From positions 16,065 to 80,064 of the forward strand of contig JBEKFZ010000005.1 in the NCBI GenBank assembly GCA_050013075.1: DNA of 64,000 nt. The letters run 5' to 3'. The position numbers were made by a program, and so were the translations under genes. The stretch's first letter is position 1. Every line of letters begins with the position of its first letter. The notes under the pieces were generated by a model. It did not search any database, was not told the origin of the DNA, and worked only from the letters and a program-made list of their open reading frames with translations. Of the stretch, positions 43,318 through 52,265 are shown in pieces. Source of the DNA: Thermoguttaceae bacterium. Its GTDB lineage: Bacteria; Planctomycetota; Planctomycetia; Pirellulales; Thermoguttaceae.

Positions 43318-43632
43318 TCAATACTCGTCGGGCAGGAGGATTGTGGTCGCCGCCCGGTGGCCATCGTCGCCGGTCGCTTCGGTGATGATCCAAATCTTCT
43401 CACCGAGCAAGGTCTTGTAAGAGGACATGATTCGGCTGCCATCTACCAAAGCCTCGTCGTTCATTTCTTTGTCGCCTTCCGACAGGTCGCCCCAATCGCC
43501 GAAGAAGTGCTTTTGCAAGAAGAACACCGGATCTTGTCCAGCCCGCTCCATTGCATTTAATGCGCCCGGGGTGGAAACTATCCGGCCCGGCTCGAACTTA
43601 ATTCCAGTTTTGTGTTTTGTTCTCGTACTCAT
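43318..43632 (-). CDS. Conserved small phage/plasmid protein (104 aa)
   Basis: MSTRTKHK...FFGDWGDLSEGDKEMNDEALVDGSRIMSSY...IWIITEATGDDGHRAATTILLPDEY. The upstream part of the 193-aa track ORF is Arg/Gly-rich and unlikely to be coding. Confidence 0.6.
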   Translation of the reverse strand: MSTRTKHKTGIKFEPGRIVSTPGALNAMERAGQDPVFFLQKHFFGDWGDLSEGDKEMNDEALVDGSRIMSSYKTLLGEKIWIITEATGDDGHRAATTILLPDEY

Positions 43633-43661
43633 GGGATTGCTCCTTGTTTTGCCCGCTTGGT

Positions 43662-44294
43662 TTAAAATAGTTTTTTCACGCCGCGTTCTTTGGTGCCAGA
43701 ACCGCTGTCCTGACCCTTTTCTTTCTTTCCCTTGGCCCCTGCTTCTCGTGTTTCGCGTAGCTTCCAGAGCCGATACGCTTCGTCTTCGTAAGCGTCTTTC
43801 TTTGCCGGCGCCGGTGAGAGTATCGCCGAGACTTCGCGGAAGTAGTCGATGCCGCGTCCCTTGGCCTTGCCCTTGATCGTGTGCTGATCGTGGACCCAAT
43901 CCGGTATGGTCGGCACATAATCTTCGAGTTGAGAGCGGAGCCCGATCGACGCCCCAAAATGCACGCCCTCGCGTGATTTATTGGCCCGGCATATCGCACA
44001 GATTGCCGTGCCAACTATCAGCCTCCAATCGCCCGGCTTGGCTTGATCGTAAACTTCTTTGGCCTGCTCGCAGCAGGTCCGCACCAGCGTAATTACTTCC
44101 GGCGCCGCGAGGCCCATATCTTCGTGGGAAATAATTTGCAGCCGGTTTGTGACCCAACTGGCGAATGACTTGGACGTGTGGCCGAGTTCGACCGCGATTT
44201 CCATCGCTTCGCGTTCTTGCCCCCTTCGGCAGAACTTCTGCATCGCCGAGATGCAAGCATGGGCTTCCAGATTGTGAATTGTTCTTGGGAACAT
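43662..44294 (-). CDS. Protein resembling the C-terminal helical domain of RarA/MgsA
   Basis: ISAMQKFCRRGQEREAMEIAVEL...NRLQIISHEDMGLAAPEVITLV parallels the RarA segment SA..KS.RGSD.DAA.YW...EDIGLADP. Confidence 0.45.
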   Translation of the reverse strand: MFPRTIHNLEAHACISAMQKFCRRGQEREAMEIAVELGHTSKSFASWVTNRLQIISHEDMGLAAPEVITLVRTCCEQAKEVYDQAKPGDWRLIVGTAICAICRANKSREGVHFGASIGLRSQLEDYVPTIPDWVHDQHTIKGKAKGRGIDYFREVSAILSPAPAKKDAYEDEAYRLWKLRETREAGAKGKKEKGQDSGSGTKERGVKKLF

Positions 44295-44300
44295 TGAACA

Positions 44301-45167
44301 TCACTCCTTTTTGTTATTGGTGGTTATTGAGTTAATGGTATTTTTAATGAGTTCCACGGCGTCTTCGTAATTCCAGACGCCCGCGATTAGTATCCGCTTT
44401 GCATCCCGGCTAACTTCGTCCAGGTCGTTGTTATTTGGCAACTGTGCGTGTCCAAGACCGGAGTCGATATAATGACTGCCCGCACAACAGGCTCGGAAAA
44501 ACACCGTTCGGAAACACCAGCCGGACACCGCCGATATTAAGGTAGACGTGTCCAGCACGTCGCTCGGCCGCTTCAGGCAAACGGCGTGCATCGCGTCGAT
44601 GTCATATTTCCTATCGTTTTTCGACCAAACTCCAACCGTCTTGTCGATCAGCCACAGTTCCACGCGGTAGCCGGCTTCTTCGAGTATTTTCGTGAGGGCA
44701 ACCGCAGCCGCCCCACGCCAGAGAATGTCCTGGTGATTGACGTGGCAATTCGCCGCCACATCGACCATGATGGTGATTGTTGCCGGGCCTTTGGTATTCG
44801 CTCGGCGGGTGTATCGCCAAAACGCCTGGCCGGACCGGAGCCGATCGTAATCCAACTCGTCGCCGTCATCCTCGGCGAATCGCATTTTCCGCTTGCGGCT
44901 GACCGGCTTCGGAAGTTCGGTCCCACCGAAATCGGTAAGCATCTTTTCCAGCACTTCGATTCCTTCCGGCCAAGCTTCCCGGGTGGCCTTGTAGACTTCA
45001 GCCCAATCCGAAAAACGCCGGCCGGTGAAACTTTCCCTTTGGGTGCAATCGTGATCTTCTACCCTCGATTGATTAACGATGGAAACGTAATTGACGATCT
45101 CGTCCATCGAATCGAAAACGCGGTACTCAATTTTGCGGCCGTCATTTTTGTTTTCGGAATAACGCAT
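44301..45167 (-). CDS. Hypothetical protein coupled to the AAA_5 ATPase (CobT/vWA-like partner position; no canonical MIDAS seen)
   Basis: 288-aa ORF starting 2 nt after the ATPase stop. ITIMVDVAANCH...WRGAAAVALTKILEEAGYRVELW is vWA-like in pattern only. Confidence 0.55.
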   Translation of the reverse strand: MRYSENKNDGRKIEYRVFDSMDEIVNYVSIVNQSRVEDHDCTQRESFTGRRFSDWAEVYKATREAWPEGIEVLEKMLTDFGGTELPKPVSRKRKMRFAEDDGDELDYDRLRSGQAFWRYTRRANTKGPATITIMVDVAANCHVNHQDILWRGAAAVALTKILEEAGYRVELWLIDKTVGVWSKNDRKYDIDAMHAVCLKRPSDVLDTSTLISAVSGWCFRTVFFRACCAGSHYIDSGLGHAQLPNNNDLDEVSRDAKRILIAGVWNYEDAVELIKNTINSITTNNKKE

Positions 45168-45169
45168 GA

Positions 45170-46165
45170 TTAGTACCCTTTCACCTTTCGGACTTCATCG
45201 GCTCGCCAACCCGCGAACAGTTTGGCGTCCACGTACTCGTGATCCTTCCCCCGCTGGACTGCCCTGTAAGCCGCTCCGATGAAACGGGTGGAAACAATCC
45301 GCTCCAACCGATTCTCGGTGATCCGCTCGCGGTAGCTCCAAAGACGTTTTAATAGTTGGGTATCCGGGCACAACTTTTGTTCGAGGCCCCGGTCGTAATC
45401 CATCGGCACCGTGCCCATCCGGAAACGGTCGAGGGTGGACTCGTCCAGCTCGTTCCGGCCGACATACTGCCGGTCGGCACCCTTGCCGTAGGTGTTCGCC
45501 GCGGCAATGCAAACAAAATCCGGGTGACGTTTTGCAATCGGATTGTCATGCCGGGATGGAACGGAAAGCTCGCCATTCGCCAAGGCGGAATTGACTACGA
45601 GCAGCACGTTCGAGTCGGCGGCATCGAGTTCATCGAACAGGAAAACTCCGCCGTTCTCGTAGCAATCGAGAAATCCGGTCCCAAGGTAAATAAACTGGCC
45701 GTTCTCGCCGGCCGGAACCATGCGGCCGAGTAATTGCGATTCGCTCATGCCAGCCGAGCAAGAGATGAAACGGAATTTCAGGCCGAGTGCATCGGCAATC
45801 TGATGTGCAAGGTGAGACTTGCCACAGCCGGCCGGTCCGGGGAGGAAAACGTGCTCCCGAGCGACGGCCAACTCCAAGACTTCATCGAATGCCGGATGAA
45901 CGGCGCCGTTGATTTGCACCGGCGGCTTGTCCGAGATCCGGACCTCGACCACCTTGACCGCCGCGGCCGCGGCCTCGTTCACCCTGTCCCGGAGGTTATA
46001 AACCACCGCCGACAGATTCATAATTGCCGAGCGGGCGGTGTCGTCCATGGACTGCCCATCTTTAACACCCCCGGTTTCGAGGATGTCCACCCGTTCCGCG
46101 ACATGGCGGATGGCCGAAGCCAGCGGGCCTTTGCGTTTTCCGAGCTTTTGGTCTATAATAGACAT
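45170..46165 (-). CDS. AAA_5 (MoxR/CobS-like) ATPase
   Basis: From the internal M (AAGGA Shine-Dalgarno sequence 9 nt upstream): LPGPAGCGKSHLA (Walker A), GVFLFDELDAAD (Walker B), LDESTLDRF. Confidence 0.8.
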   Translation of the reverse strand: MSIIDQKLGKRKGPLASAIRHVAERVDILETGGVKDGQSMDDTARSAIMNLSAVVYNLRDRVNEAAAAAVKVVEVRISDKPPVQINGAVHPAFDEVLELAVAREHVFLPGPAGCGKSHLAHQIADALGLKFRFISCSAGMSESQLLGRMVPAGENGQFIYLGTGFLDCYENGGVFLFDELDAADSNVLLVVNSALANGELSVPSRHDNPIAKRHPDFVCIAAANTYGKGADRQYVGRNELDESTLDRFRMGTVPMDYDRGLEQKLCPDTQLLKRLWSYRERITENRLERIVSTRFIGAAYRAVQRGKDHEYVDAKLFAGWRADEVRKVKGY

Positions 46166-46825
46166 TGAGAAGGGTCCTTTCATTAAGGATCTGGCCGGCC
46201 TGCGGGTGCAACCGTGTGCCGGCCGTTTTTGTTTCAGGGGTTGTGTTTGTTTCGTTCCATACCAGTATTCTAGTAGGGTATCGGCCCCTGTAAAGAGTGG
46301 CATGGACAATAAGCCACTATTTTTTACAAATAGTTGTAAGTTATTGGCGGATATTCTTTTAGAAACAGGGAAAAAACGAAAAAAAACGAAAATAATTTGC
46401 CAAAATTTTACCCCCTCGACTTGGACGGTTGGTATTTCGGGAATCGACTCCACGCAAGAGGGGGTGATCAAATCGTAAGCCCGTGATAAGTAAGCAGTTA
46501 AGTTCTATTTGACTCTATACGACATCTATAATTGGTATGGGGGGCGGTCCATGCCGTTCAAAACCGGCCCATGACGGCCCGGGGAGATCCCGGGGAAATC
46601 CGGAGAACGTTCTTTGGTGCCAGAAATCGCTGGCCGGGGAGATCCGGAGGCGGCCGGCGCGCGGCCCGGAGGCCCGGGGAAGGCCCGAAGCCGGCAAAGG
46701 ATGTCCTGGGTGGCCGAAATGGCTTCCAGGGCTAACCCGGGGACCAGGCCGGCCGGTGAGGCTTTGGCGGCATGGGACTAGAGACACTAGAGGGACTATT
46801 TAGGCTTGCTGGCGGCCGGCGGCGC

Positions 46826-46869
46826 CGTCGACCAGCCCGTCGACCTGGCCCGTCGACATGTTCGTCGAC
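46826..46869. repeat. Four direct repeats of CGTCGAC (SalI-type palindromic core), 12-13 bp period
   Basis: Copies at 46826, 46838, 46851 and 46863, immediately after the sulfotransferase stop codon. Confidence 0.8.
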
Positions 46870-46874
46870 GTCCA

Positions 46875-47531
46875 CTAAATGTAGTCGAACTCGTCGCACA
46901 GTTCGCGTTCTGCTTCCAGTATTCGGTGCCGTAGGCCGTTTGGGATCTGCGCGTTATCTTTCAACGGCCCACTAGCACCGACTCTTTGCGGGGAGACAGC
47001 TTTTATTTTGGCTTCATCAATTTCCAGCCGTGCTAATTCCTTGAGAAATTTTATAAAGTCCGCTTCTAATGTCTCGAACTTGCCGATGAAGTCAACCTTG
47101 AATTTGGAAGGTCTCCATAGCCCGGGGGCCTTTTGATAGTAGCCCAACATCGACAATGTAATTTGCGTGATTAAGCCCGGGTGAATGAGCAGATACTTGA
47201 CGACAAATTCCTCGTAATCTTTGCTCCAACACTCCGCAAACCAATGTCCTGCTGCGGCCGGTTCAGAATCGATCTTGTCATTAAAATTGGTGAGCATTGC
47301 CCATGACCACAAGCTCGCCAACCGTGTTACTGGATGACGCACTATTGCAAATGCCGGCCGGCTGTAGCGGAGTTCATAGGGCACGCGGAAGATACCATCA
47401 TGCTCGTGAAATGAGTATGGTTCGGCATTCTCCTTGCCGGCGATTCCCAACGCTTCCAGCGATCGGCGAATCCATGTGCCGCCGGTCTTGGGAATATGCA
47501 CGAAAATAAATTTGTCAGTAATCAAGGCCAT
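46875..47531 (-). CDS. Sulfotransferase family protein
   Basis: From the internal M: FIFVHIPKTGGTWIRRSL (5'-PSB loop PKTGGT) and AFAIVRHPVTRLASLWSW (3'-PB-like RxPxxRxxS). Confidence 0.75.
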   Translation of the reverse strand: MALITDKFIFVHIPKTGGTWIRRSLEALGIAGKENAEPYSFHEHDGIFRVPYELRYSRPAFAIVRHPVTRLASLWSWAMLTNFNDKIDSEPAAAGHWFAECWSKDYEEFVVKYLLIHPGLITQITLSMLGYYQKAPGLWRPSKFKVDFIGKFETLEADFIKFLKELARLEIDEAKIKAVSPQRVGASGPLKDNAQIPNGLRHRILEAERELCDEFDYI

Positions 47532-47533
47532 TA

Positions 47534-48304
47534 CTAAACTCCCTTTCCGATGATACTTCCTCGTTTTACCCTGATCGACATTACGCTTGTCTGCCCCTTT
47601 GTTTTTACCCATCCCGGTTTGCTGGTTCCAATGTACTTGCCCCATTTCTTATAGAGCAATTTTGTGGTAGCCTCCCAACTTTCATGCGACAGTATTCCTA
47701 CGTTGCCGCCACGTCCGGTAAAGCTCCGCCCGTGATCGAAATAAAACCGCATGTCGGCATAAAGAATCCGGTCCTTCAACAAAGTCTCCATTGTGAAGTC
47801 CAGGTCTGGTCTCGCTGGTAAAGTCGTGTCGAACTTTCTCTCTCGCGCCGCTCCGCGTAATCCCCAGGTGGCGGCCATTGGTTGTACCAGTCGAATTGGG
47901 TTTCCATCCGGTCCGGCTAGAAAACTATTCCGCGTCCGGCTCCAACAGAACACGTTGATTCCCAAGTCCTGACAGACCACATGAGAATTGTTGATGATTT
48001 GCAAGATCACCGCCGGATCGGTAATCGGCCGCTGCTTTCCTATCAGTGGCCGAACACATAACAGGTCATCGTCGGACATTACCACGCAATCTTCCTGTAT
48101 TTTGGCGTTGATCCAATTCCTGATGTTGACCAATCCCTTGATTTCATCGTGAAACAATAACTGATTTGCCGGCACAACCTTGGAATAATCTTCTTTCTCC
48201 GAACGCGCCACGCAGACTAAAGCCGTGGGGAGCAACTTGAGTAGACGTTTCATGTTTTGGGATCGGGCTCGACTCGGAACCACAATCCTAAGACTTTCTG
48301 GCAT
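47534..48304 (-). CDS. GT-A-like glycosyltransferase-fold protein (putative)
   Basis: LRIVVPSRARSQ...LLKLLPTALVCV...GLVNIRNWI...CVVMSDDDLLCV shows the beta-alpha-beta start plus an acidic DDD motif typical of GT-A enzymes. The family is not identifiable by eye. Confidence 0.5.
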   Translation of the reverse strand: MPESLRIVVPSRARSQNMKRLLKLLPTALVCVARSEKEDYSKVVPANQLLFHDEIKGLVNIRNWINAKIQEDCVVMSDDDLLCVRPLIGKQRPITDPAVILQIINNSHVVCQDLGINVFCWSRTRNSFLAGPDGNPIRLVQPMAATWGLRGAARERKFDTTLPARPDLDFTMETLLKDRILYADMRFYFDHGRSFTGRGGNVGILSHESWEATTKLLYKKWGKYIGTSKPGWVKTKGQTSVMSIRVKRGSIIGKGV

Positions 48305-48980
48305 CTTCGCCCTCTAACTTTTTGATTAACTTGTCGGCCGAGTAGCCCCTTGCCACTCCGACCCGATTTAAAGTCCTTTTGATTTGCGGCAATTCCAGTA
48401 ACTCCACCAGTCGATTCCATTCATGCGTGTTGCGTGCCAGCACGATCACATAGTCGTAGTGCTCGTGCGGCATCAACTCCATCTCGGGCGGCCCGTCGCT
48501 TGCCGGCGCCCGCCCAAACTCTCCTTCTTCGAGGGCTTGCAGTTCGAGGTCCCCTCGGATCTCATCGAGCATCCTCCGCATGTCCGCGTCTTCGGCCTCC
48601 AACTCCGATAGAAGATCGCCCAAGACATCATCTTTTGTTTTGGCCTTCCTGCCGATCATGTCGTGGACGGCTATAAGTTGCTTCGCTTCCTGCTCGGTTA
48701 GATCCAAGATCAAGACCGGAACAATGTCATCCTCCGCTATGTCGGTTCGCATGTGGCCGTCAAGAATCATGAGCCGGCCGTCGGGCAGTTCGCGGGCAAG
48801 CATTGCGTCCGCATATCCAATCTCATGGAGCACGCCAATCATGTCCTGCCGCTCCTCGATCGGGTGCTCGTGCCAGTTATGCGGATTGGGGATCAACTCG
48901 GAAGCCTTCACACGCCTCAATTCCTTGATGCGGTCGCGGAAAGACTGGCTCGATTGGGCGACTTGTTTTTTACGTACCAT
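48288..48980 (-). CDS. ParB-like N-terminal (ParB/Srx fold) domain protein
   Basis: RVKASELIPNPHNWHEHPIEERQDMIGVLHEIGYADAMLARELPDGRLMILDGHMRTDIA. Overlaps the downstream gene by 17 nt. Confidence 0.75.
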   Translation of the reverse strand: MVRKKQVAQSSQSFRDRIKELRRVKASELIPNPHNWHEHPIEERQDMIGVLHEIGYADAMLARELPDGRLMILDGHMRTDIAEDDIVPVLILDLTEQEAKQLIAVHDMIGRKAKTKDDVLGDLLSELEAEDADMRRMLDEIRGDLELQALEEGEFGRAPASDGPPEMELMPHEHYDYVIVLARNTHEWNRLVELLELPQIKRTLNRVGVARGYSADKLIKKLEGEDARKS

Positions 48981-49143
48981 TAGATTCCACCACCATATAC
49001 CACCTCTTAGGTGTTCAAGACAAAAAAAAGGGTCAATTTCATATAACTATTCTGAGTTATACGTAAAAAATAAAGCATCGTTTTCTCGGAGATTTTGCAT
49101 GGTTATAACCCGTCTGAGCTATCTCAAATAAATAATTTTTTAC

Positions 49144-49386
49144 TTACCCGGAGAAATAATTTAGTACGCGTAAAAGGTCCCCGCCCGAGGTCTGGGAAAC
49201 CCGGACCCGGCCCGGCCGGGAAGGACCCATTGCTTTTGCATTTTCATTTGATATGACGTTGGTTGTCATGCTCCACGGCTCGGCCTGCCGTATCTCGTTG
49301 GCGTGCTGCTGCCAATACTCATTCCAGCCGATGCCGTTGCGGAAGGCGTCCAGGGCGGCGCGCTCGAAGGCTTTAATTCCGTTCAT
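49144..49386 (-). CDS. Small hypothetical protein translationally coupled to the primase
   Basis: MNGIKAFERAALDAFRNGIGWNEYWQQHANEIRQAEP... The ATG overlaps the primase TGA (ATGA). Confidence 0.5.
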   Translation of the reverse strand: MNGIKAFERAALDAFRNGIGWNEYWQQHANEIRQAEPWSMTTNVISNENAKAMGPSRPGRVRVSQTSGGDLLRVLNYFSG

Positions 49387-52235
49387 TCCGTTGGTTCCTT
49401 TCGGCACGGCAACCATGCGCGACAATCGCGGCATTGCTGGTTGATGTAGCCGTCGGCTGTTCGGGTTTCCTCCACTTCATTGTGAGGGTAGGAAGTCACA
49501 GGGTTCACAGGGTTCACAGGGTTTTCCCTATTGGGATACTTACTACTACATATATCCTTATCTATTTCCTCTCTTGCGCGCGTGCGTTGATAACAAGTGT
49601 GTGAACCTTGTGAACCTTGTGAAGTCTGTGAATTATCAGTTGGGTTTGGGGGGAATAGTGAATTCTGTAAAGCATTGTCCGGGTGAAGCATCCCGATTCC
49701 GGTAAAACACCATTGCAATTTTCCCGCGACGGTCCGTTGCTTCTTTTCGATGTTCGGTCTTAACTTTTGTATCGCAAGGCTAAACGCGGTATCGGTCATT
49801 GTCGGTCGGCCTTCGCGCTCCACGGCCGCGTTGTAGGTCACTCTGAGGGCTTGCTTGGTAACAAATGAATCGGGATCGTCAATCGTGTAACGGTCCAGCC
49901 AAACGGATAAAGGATCGGTTGTAGCGTGAAAATCCCGCCACGCCTCTTGAACGGACGGCGAATCGGAAAATCGCCGCTGCTTTTCGACGCGACGTAATCC
50001 TTCGATCGCTCTATTGAACATCCCCGATAGTTCTTCTGGCGATTGCAACCGGGCGTCGAGCACGTCACGCGGTATCTGTTCATCGGGGCCGAAAGTATGG
50101 TCAAAGGGAATAACAATCCATCGACGAAAAAACGCCGCTGAACTATCGGCACTTCGCGGTGGATAATTCGCAGAGAATACCAGCCGGGCAAACGGCTCAA
50201 GGTCGAATGAATCCTTAAACTTGTACTCTGCGTTCAATGTATCGCCGCCGGTCAGCGCCTTAAATGTCGATGTTCCGGCAAGATGTTCGCTGGGCAGGTC
50301 CGCACAGATATTTGCCAGCTTGCCGACTAATCGAGAAACGGAAAATTTATCCGCCTCCAATTTGTGAAGTGGAATAGCGGCGATATTATGACGGCCGAGA
50401 AAACGAGTAAGCAGAGATAACCAAACCGACTTGCCGTTGCAACCTTCCCCCAGTAGTAAGATTGCCTTTTGTAACCACGTTGCGGGCACCATCAAAACGC
50501 CGGGGATCTCCCACGCCAAGTCATGGGCATCGGTCGGGAATGTACTTTTCACAAAGGCTTCGATGTTCGGACACGTTGCCGCCGGATCGTACTTGACTGG
50601 CAATTGCACCACTGATAGATATTTCGGATCGTGTGGAAGCAACACGCCATCGGCTCTAACCATGCCGTTTAGCACGTTTACTAAATCCATGCGCGGCCGG
50701 TCCGGCAGTTCAGGTGCATCGACCCGGACAAATTCGACCACTTCCGAAGCAAGGCGAGTGCTCCACGCCTTTGTGTCACCCCACGCGGTCATACTTGCCT
50801 TGACTATTGCCTTAACATATTTTTCCGCGCCCGGTCGATAGGCTCCGCCGTCATATCTGTAGAGCTTTCCGCCGCCGTCTTGAGCAAAGTATTCTTTCAA
50901 GCAGATTGCATCGGCAAGAGTTTTGACAAGGCCGGGATCATTGTCTGTTTCCTTATCGCCTTTTTTTTTATTGGCCCGAGTTACGGCCTTGGTATAGATT
51001 TTGTCTCTTGTGTGGTTCGCGGCCTTGTCCCATGTTCTTAAAAAATACTTTTCATTCCCGGCGAATTTTCCGACATTTTGCACGGCGTCCCAAACGTTAG
51101 CTTGCGGAATGCCATGCTCGATAGCCCAACAGCAAAGAGCATAATCAGTTTCCGATCGTGTACCAACCGGCGCTACTTCGCATTGCATGATAAGATCGTT
51201 AAATTGATCGTGCCGTTTTGGTGTTATCTTCTTTGAAGTCGGCAATTTCACTTTGGAAATCTGTTCCCGCTGCCGGTGTGATGGTGATTCATCAGCAAGC
51301 TTTTCAAAGTCCGAGAAAGGATAACGGGCGTCGGGGTTCAAGTGGACCAGTTCGCATGGTCGCGGCTCGCGGCCGTTACGCTGATCTTTACGATTAAGGG
51401 TTCCTGGTACGCGAAGCAATCGGGACAAGTCTTGGGTGTGGTCGCCCCCGATCTTTGCGGCCATCCCGCTTAGAACGTCTTGGAAGTGTAGCGCTTTGGA
51501 TGATAGCGGCGGGACGTTTTGCAACTTATCGAGATAAACTTTTTCTTTCGATTCATCGAGGATATATGACCGGTGTTTTTTATTTCCGGTTTTCTGATCG
51601 TCGATGAATTCTACATGAACCGCCGGCGGAGTTCCAGCATCGTCGATCAAAAACGGCTCGGCGAGCAAAAAGTATAAATGACACCCATTGCCAGAGTTGA
51701 CCACAATAGACGGCCGGGGAATTCCGGCATCTTTGCATCGCTGGATCGCCTCTTCGTATTGGCAGTCGTCGATGTCACTCCATAGCGTCCGCACCACGCG
51801 AATCTGCCAGGCTTGATCATACTGACCACCTGTGCCGAATCGAGGGCATGCGCCGAAAAAAATATTTGCATGGGTCTGTTCTGCACATTTGATCTGGCGA
51901 TTGATGGCAGATGCCAATTTCTGCGGGAACGACTGCCATTGTCCATTTTGGTCTTTTAGGCCCACCAGTGTGTATTGAATACCCTTGTAATCGACTTTGC
52001 TCTTTTTGTGGTTCGCTTCGGTCCACGTTTCAATGGGCCGGAAGAGAATCATATCGCCCGGCGAGAAAAGGCTCTGGAAAAACTCAACTGTGTCACTTAC
52101 ACTGCTGGCTGTTCCGTTACTATCTTTTCGAGCATGAGGTAATGTAGATGAGATACGTTCAATAACATCACTGTCTTTCATTTTCGATTTTAATCCCGTA
52201 TCATCCATATTGATAGATTTTTTATACCCTGGCAC
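49383..52235 (-). CDS. Bifunctional AEP-type primase-polymerase / SF3 helicase (P4 alpha / D5-like)
   Basis: LWSDIDDC and VVNSGNGCHLYFLL are AEP motifs. LLLGEGCNGKSVWLSLL (Walker A) ...FSANYPPRSADSSAAFFRRWIVIPFDHTF matches the P4-family primase C-terminal domain. Confidence 0.85.
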   Translation of the reverse strand: MPGYKKSINMDDTGLKSKMKDSDVIERISSTLPHARKDSNGTASSVSDTVEFFQSLFSPGDMILFRPIETWTEANHKKSKVDYKGIQYTLVGLKDQNGQWQSFPQKLASAINRQIKCAEQTHANIFFGACPRFGTGGQYDQAWQIRVVRTLWSDIDDCQYEEAIQRCKDAGIPRPSIVVNSGNGCHLYFLLAEPFLIDDAGTPPAVHVEFIDDQKTGNKKHRSYILDESKEKVYLDKLQNVPPLSSKALHFQDVLSGMAAKIGGDHTQDLSRLLRVPGTLNRKDQRNGREPRPCELVHLNPDARYPFSDFEKLADESPSHRQREQISKVKLPTSKKITPKRHDQFNDLIMQCEVAPVGTRSETDYALCCWAIEHGIPQANVWDAVQNVGKFAGNEKYFLRTWDKAANHTRDKIYTKAVTRANKKKGDKETDNDPGLVKTLADAICLKEYFAQDGGGKLYRYDGGAYRPGAEKYVKAIVKASMTAWGDTKAWSTRLASEVVEFVRVDAPELPDRPRMDLVNVLNGMVRADGVLLPHDPKYLSVVQLPVKYDPAATCPNIEAFVKSTFPTDAHDLAWEIPGVLMVPATWLQKAILLLGEGCNGKSVWLSLLTRFLGRHNIAAIPLHKLEADKFSVSRLVGKLANICADLPSEHLAGTSTFKALTGGDTLNAEYKFKDSFDLEPFARLVFSANYPPRSADSSAAFFRRWIVIPFDHTFGPDEQIPRDVLDARLQSPEELSGMFNRAIEGLRRVEKQRRFSDSPSVQEAWRDFHATTDPLSVWLDRYTIDDPDSFVTKQALRVTYNAAVEREGRPTMTDTAFSLAIQKLRPNIEKKQRTVAGKLQWCFTGIGMLHPDNALQNSLFPPNPTDNSQTSQGSQGSHTCYQRTRAREEIDKDICSSKYPNRENPVNPVNPVTSYPHNEVEETRTADGYINQQCRDCRAWLPCRKEPTE
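49496..49522. repeat. Iteron cluster 1 (3 x 9-mer TCACAGGGT)
   Basis: Perfect tandem 9-mers, equal to GTGAACCCT x3 on the minus strand, inside the primase 3' codons (NPVNPVNPV). Confidence 0.85.
49601..49636. repeat. Iteron cluster 2 (GTGAACCTT x2 + GTGAAGTCT + GTGAATTAT), inverted relative to cluster 1
   Basis: Tandem 9-mers, with a further GTGAATTCT at 49658-49666. Confidence 0.8.
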
Positions 52236-52265
52236 ATTGCAGATTGTGACCGGGGTTTTGTAATT

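Noticed and set aside
46515-46975. ORFs 46515..46787(-), 46532..46735(+), 46537..46803(+), 46772..46975(+)
   Set aside because: All lie in a ~70% GC repeat block and their translations are nearly pure G/P/R/A. I treat the region as non-coding (see the finding on 46166-46874).
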